Origin: a virus
Lineage: Duplodnaviria; Caudoviricetes
DNA length: 27,986 nucleotides
Virus record (IMG/VR): IMGVR_UViG_3300032130_000407
Location: 1-27,986 of that record
Direction: 5' to 3' (one strand)
A program made the position numbers and the translations under genes. This document shows, piece after piece, positions 24,728 to 27,986 of this stretch. Each line of letters starts with the position of its first letter. The stretch's first letter is position 1. The notes beneath the pieces were generated by a model that made no database searches, had not been told where the DNA came from, and was given only the letters and a program-made list of their open reading frames with translations.

Positions 24728-24967
24728 ATGGCTGAAAAGAATCAGCAGGACATCGCCAAAGAGGCCGGTAAAACCCTCCTAACAGAAACACTGCTGTTCG
24801 ACCCTCTCGTTATGGAAGGAACAGACGGTCTTAGCCCTGTCGGTAAGTGGCGCGAGAACGAGCCTATTCATTGGAATCAGGAACTAGCCGTTTGGGAATA
24901 CAAGTCTGACGCGAGCATATTCGCGTGTAGTCGCATGGATCCCGACACCGATGCGCGTGGGAACTGA
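24728..24967 (+). CDS. hypothetical protein (79 aa)
   Basis: Tightly packed in operon. Confidence 0.7.
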   Translation: MAEKNQQDIAKEAGKTLLTETLLFDPLVMEGTDGLSPVGKWRENEPIHWNQELAVWEYKSDASIFACSRMDPDTDARGN

Positions 24968-24970
24968 CCA

Positions 24971-25270
24971 ATGGCTGCTCGTAGCACTCCCGGCAACTCG
25001 TACTCTGCTTCTGCGGAATTAGAATTTTGTGAATCGCAAATAGCGAAAATGATGTTCATCCTTGGTTTGGACTGGGCCAATATTGACTCCACATCCATTG
25101 ATGACATGCTTGACAAAATCAATGAAAACTATTGGCTGAATCCAAATGGTGGTGCTGAAGACGGACAAGGACGCGCCCCCGAAGACTATCTAAGAGCCAA
25201 TAACAACCTTCTCGCAATCTTGACACGACGCAACTGGTATTGGCGTCACATGGCCATAGGGGTGTCGTAA
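24971..25270 (+). CDS. hypothetical protein (99 aa)
   Basis: Tightly packed; E..I....LGLD.A weakly like family A. Confidence 0.7.
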   Translation: MAARSTPGNSYSASAELEFCESQIAKMMFILGLDWANIDSTSIDDMLDKINENYWLNPNGGAEDGQGRAPEDYLRANNNLLAILTRRNWYWRHMAIGVS

Positions 25271-26016
25271 TGGCTCACGCATGGTTTGAAACCAACCTGA
25301 TCTCCAAGTCGCTATCCACCCTCGGAGACAAGCACGATCAAGCGTGGAACGATTCAACCGTTGACTACATCAACGCGTGGTCAGCGCACGACACTGCCAT
25401 GAATACTGACCGGCGAGCAGTAGCCACAGGAAACGACGCCGAACTTCATTGGTGGACGATGATTCAAACCAACATTCCCGGCTGGGACGCAAATGTTTGG
25501 TCAGCCGAAATGCGAAGCGCATTGTTTACAGAATGCATTAACGCCACCAACTCTTTGTGGGCAATCGGGATACCAGAAACGTGGATGACGGAGCAAATGA
25601 ACGACCGCTCCAAGAACGTCACACTAGTCAATGACCGATTTCTGTACGGATATGAACAGTTTTACCTGTCCCAAAGTGCAGCGTCCGCATACTCTGACAC
25701 ACAGTATTCCACCATGGACGTTCAAGATATTCTGGCTGGCACCAACGCCGGAACCTTCGACTATGTTCATGTTCGCATGGCGGATCTAATTGACACTTCC
25801 ACCAAGTTGGTAGACGGCTACTTGTCCATGCTGGCTGTCGGTGGAATCATGCACATCGAAGACTCTGGCATGTTCGGACAAATCTACACCAACCATCAGG
25901 CGCTACATAAACATTACGCAACCAGAACCAACAGGCATCTTTTGACCAAGGACAACCTGCTGGTATTCCATCTCGTCACCGATGATGGAACAACCATCAT
26001 AAAACGAGTGTCTTAA
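25270..26016 (+). CDS. hypothetical protein, degenerate methyltransferase-like C-terminus
   Basis: TAATG coupling; GTFDYVHV...MLAVGGIMHIED; no clear glycine-rich motif I. Confidence 0.55.
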   Translation: MAHAWFETNLISKSLSTLGDKHDQAWNDSTVDYINAWSAHDTAMNTDRRAVATGNDAELHWWTMIQTNIPGWDANVWSAEMRSALFTECINATNSLWAIGIPETWMTEQMNDRSKNVTLVNDRFLYGYEQFYLSQSAASAYSDTQYSTMDVQDILAGTNAGTFDYVHVRMADLIDTSTKLVDGYLSMLAVGGIMHIEDSGMFGQIYTNHQALHKHYATRTNRHLLTKDNLLVFHLVTDDGTTIIKRVS

Positions 26017-26033
26017 TCTGCTAAAATCTGCTC

Positions 26034-27059
26034 ATGGCCTTAGTTAGAGAGTACCCCGGATGCAGAACCCCGATCCCTTACGTCTCCGAAGCAGACTGTG
26101 AATACATCGGAGGTCTAGAGGTACACGACTATGGGGCAGGGGTTACCGTATTTCGCAATGTCATAGACGTAGACCAGCCTAGATTATTTGAATACATAGA
26201 CAAATATGCCGTGCATTCAACGCCGGGAGTGTTTCTCAAAGAAGAAAACGGCGAGCAGTGGTGCGAAGACCTAGAAGGCAGGAAGCATCCAGTAGCAACC
26301 TATTACAGAAATCCATATCGACTTGGTGGATTTGGTAACAGCAAACCCGTCATGGATAAAACTCCTAAGGACATCGCGGAGTTCTTCTATGAAAACGAGA
26401 ATCAAATCTATCTGTGCCTAATGAAATACATAGACATATACACCCATGTTCTCAACTCATTGTGGTGGCGCTTTAGGGGCAATGTTCTCAAGTATTATCC
26501 CAACGGAGCAATCGGAATGCATAGCGACAATGACACCAGTCGCAAGACCAGAGACGGGCAGCGATACGAAACTGATCGTCCTGAAGCCATCTTCCAAGTT
26601 CTTTCCACCATCACCTATTACAACGATTGCGTGGACACGGAAGAAGAACTAGACGGAACCAATTTCACGGGTGGAGAGATGTGGTTTCCGTTCCTTAACA
26701 ATCTTACTTACAAGCCGCGTACCGGAGACATTCTGTTCTTCCCCGCGAACTATGTTGGTTCACACGGTGTACGAGACATCACTGGTGGCATAAGGTACGA
26801 CTACCAATCTGTGTTTGGTCAAGGAATACATACAGACGAACCTTCCCCTTTGGTTCCGATTTATGAATCAGATGCCGGACATTGGTGTCAGGCCATTTAC
26901 CTGCCATGGCTTCATCAGGATTGGGAAAGGTTTACCCAATCTCCACATTCAAGGTGGAACACCAAAGGCGAAGGACCACCCAACGGTGAGATCAATCCAT
27001 TATTGCGACCTGTCGAATCCGACCCAGAAGGCCCACTGATGTCCTATGAACATATTTGA
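26034..27059 (+). CDS. 2OG-Fe(II) oxygenase, prolyl-hydroxylase-like, leaderless
   Basis: HSD, Y.N, GGE..F, G..LFFP, HGV..I..G.RY; TGC-TAAAAT 6 nt before ATG. Confidence 0.9.
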   Translation: MALVREYPGCRTPIPYVSEADCEYIGGLEVHDYGAGVTVFRNVIDVDQPRLFEYIDKYAVHSTPGVFLKEENGEQWCEDLEGRKHPVATYYRNPYRLGGFGNSKPVMDKTPKDIAEFFYENENQIYLCLMKYIDIYTHVLNSLWWRFRGNVLKYYPNGAIGMHSDNDTSRKTRDGQRYETDRPEAIFQVLSTITYYNDCVDTEEELDGTNFTGGEMWFPFLNNLTYKPRTGDILFFPANYVGSHGVRDITGGIRYDYQSVFGQGIHTDEPSPLVPIYESDAGHWCQAIYLPWLHQDWERFTQSPHSRWNTKGEGPPNGEINPLLRPVESDPEGPLMSYEHI

Positions 27060-27986
27060 TGCTTCCACCCCTGAAATAACCGATGACACCTTAAGGGAAA
27101 TCCAAAACCTAGAGGCAGATCATCTTGGTGGAGGCGTAGTCAAATTTGGCAATACCTGCACAGTGGACCCCTCATTCTTGTCTTGGGTTGACGACAACGC
27201 TTCTGAAGCCTTTGAACAGAACTGGACTTACGAAACAGACGAAGCCGGAAACACCTACGCCCTTAATATTGATCGCAACAAGTTCTCGCTTGAACAAGTC
27301 AAGATGGTGCCGACTCGTCTGTTACAGCCGGTCAAACACGACACTCCTCAAGACATCGTTGACATCTTTCAACATTACGAAGCCGCCATCTACAAATGCC
27401 TAATCAAATATATAGACATGTTCCCTCTTGTGTTGGGCACTATTTGGTGGCGTTCTAGGGGACACGTTCTACATTACGATCCGGGCAGTTTCTTGGGGGT
27501 ACATAACGACAACGACGCCAACTACAGAGCCTTGGATGGGCAACGATTTATTCCCCACGCACAGAATGGCTCTCGTCAAACACTTGCCATTATCTTGTAT
27601 CTAAACAACGGCATCAAAGATCCCGAAGAATTGGATGGCACCAACTACCTCGGTGGGGAAATCACATTCCCTTATCTGGACATTGAACACCAAGGACAAA
27701 TAGGCGACGTTCTAATCTTCCCATCCAACTTCATGGCATCGCATGGAGTGAACACAGTTATCGAAGGCACTCGGTACTCGTATCTAGAATTCCTATCTCA
27801 CGGAAGCCCCTCGCCGGAAGTAATGGTCGAAGTGTTTGAACCCGACGAAATACAAGCATGGTGTGAGCCGCACTGGCTAATGGGCATCTACGAAGATTAC
27901 GCCAAGTACGCACTCAAGACGCAGCAAGGCAACACGGACAAAACAGCAACTAGTTCTGTCAACCCGGTGTTTCAAAACAGATCGCT
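27046..27986 (+). CDS. 2OG-Fe(II) oxygenase paralog (partial, runs off window)
   Basis: Manual translation: MNIFDAS...WWRSRGHVL..HNDND..YLN..ELDGTNYLGGE..HGVNTVIEGTRY; absent from ORF track because no stop. Confidence 0.9.
   Translation, partial: MNIFDASTPEITDDTLREIQNLEADHLGGGVVKFGNTCTVDPSFLSWVDDNASEAFEQNWTYETDEAGNTYALNIDRNKFSLEQVKMVPTRLLQPVKHDTPQDIVDIFQHYEAAIYKCLIKYIDMFPLVLGTIWWRSRGHVLHYDPGSFLGVHNDNDANYRALDGQRFIPHAQNGSRQTLAIILYLNNGIKDPEELDGTNYLGGEITFPYLDIEHQGQIGDVLIFPSNFMASHGVNTVIEGTRYSYLEFLSHGSPSPEVMVEVFEPDEIQAWCEPHWLMGIYEDYAKYALKTQQGNTDKTATSSVNPVFQNRS

Noticed and set aside
27146-27403. 85-aa ORF in track
   Set aside because: Out-of-frame overlap with the real oxygenase starting at 27046

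Overview
Fragment of a large tailed dsDNA phage genome, most likely infecting an actinobacterium. Support: WhiB, r1t-like holin, an Acidimicrobiia-style ferredoxin, several leaderless promoters, dense small ORFs and no cellular housekeeping operons. The most unusual part is 325-4850. It holds two promoter-driven, highly structured non-coding stretches (361-490, 549-657) followed by 12 short + strand genes. These genes are punctuated by seven copies of a G-run/tetraloop/C-run/CCCCT(T) element placed just after stop codons, and divided into three units by promoters carrying a TGTGAC-N4-GTCAC palindrome. The remainder encodes a 1118-aa HExxH protein, RHH, HTH/TerS-like, WhiB and MarR-like regulators, a metallophosphoesterase, a glycan-modifying cluster (2 PhyH dioxygenases, GT2, NodB-like, NodS-like, PL14-like lyase), a thermonuclease, a ferredoxin, a 1614-aa acidic lipoprotein, a holin and a tandem of 2OG-Fe(II) oxygenases. 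All assignments are from motif reading by eye; no searches were run.
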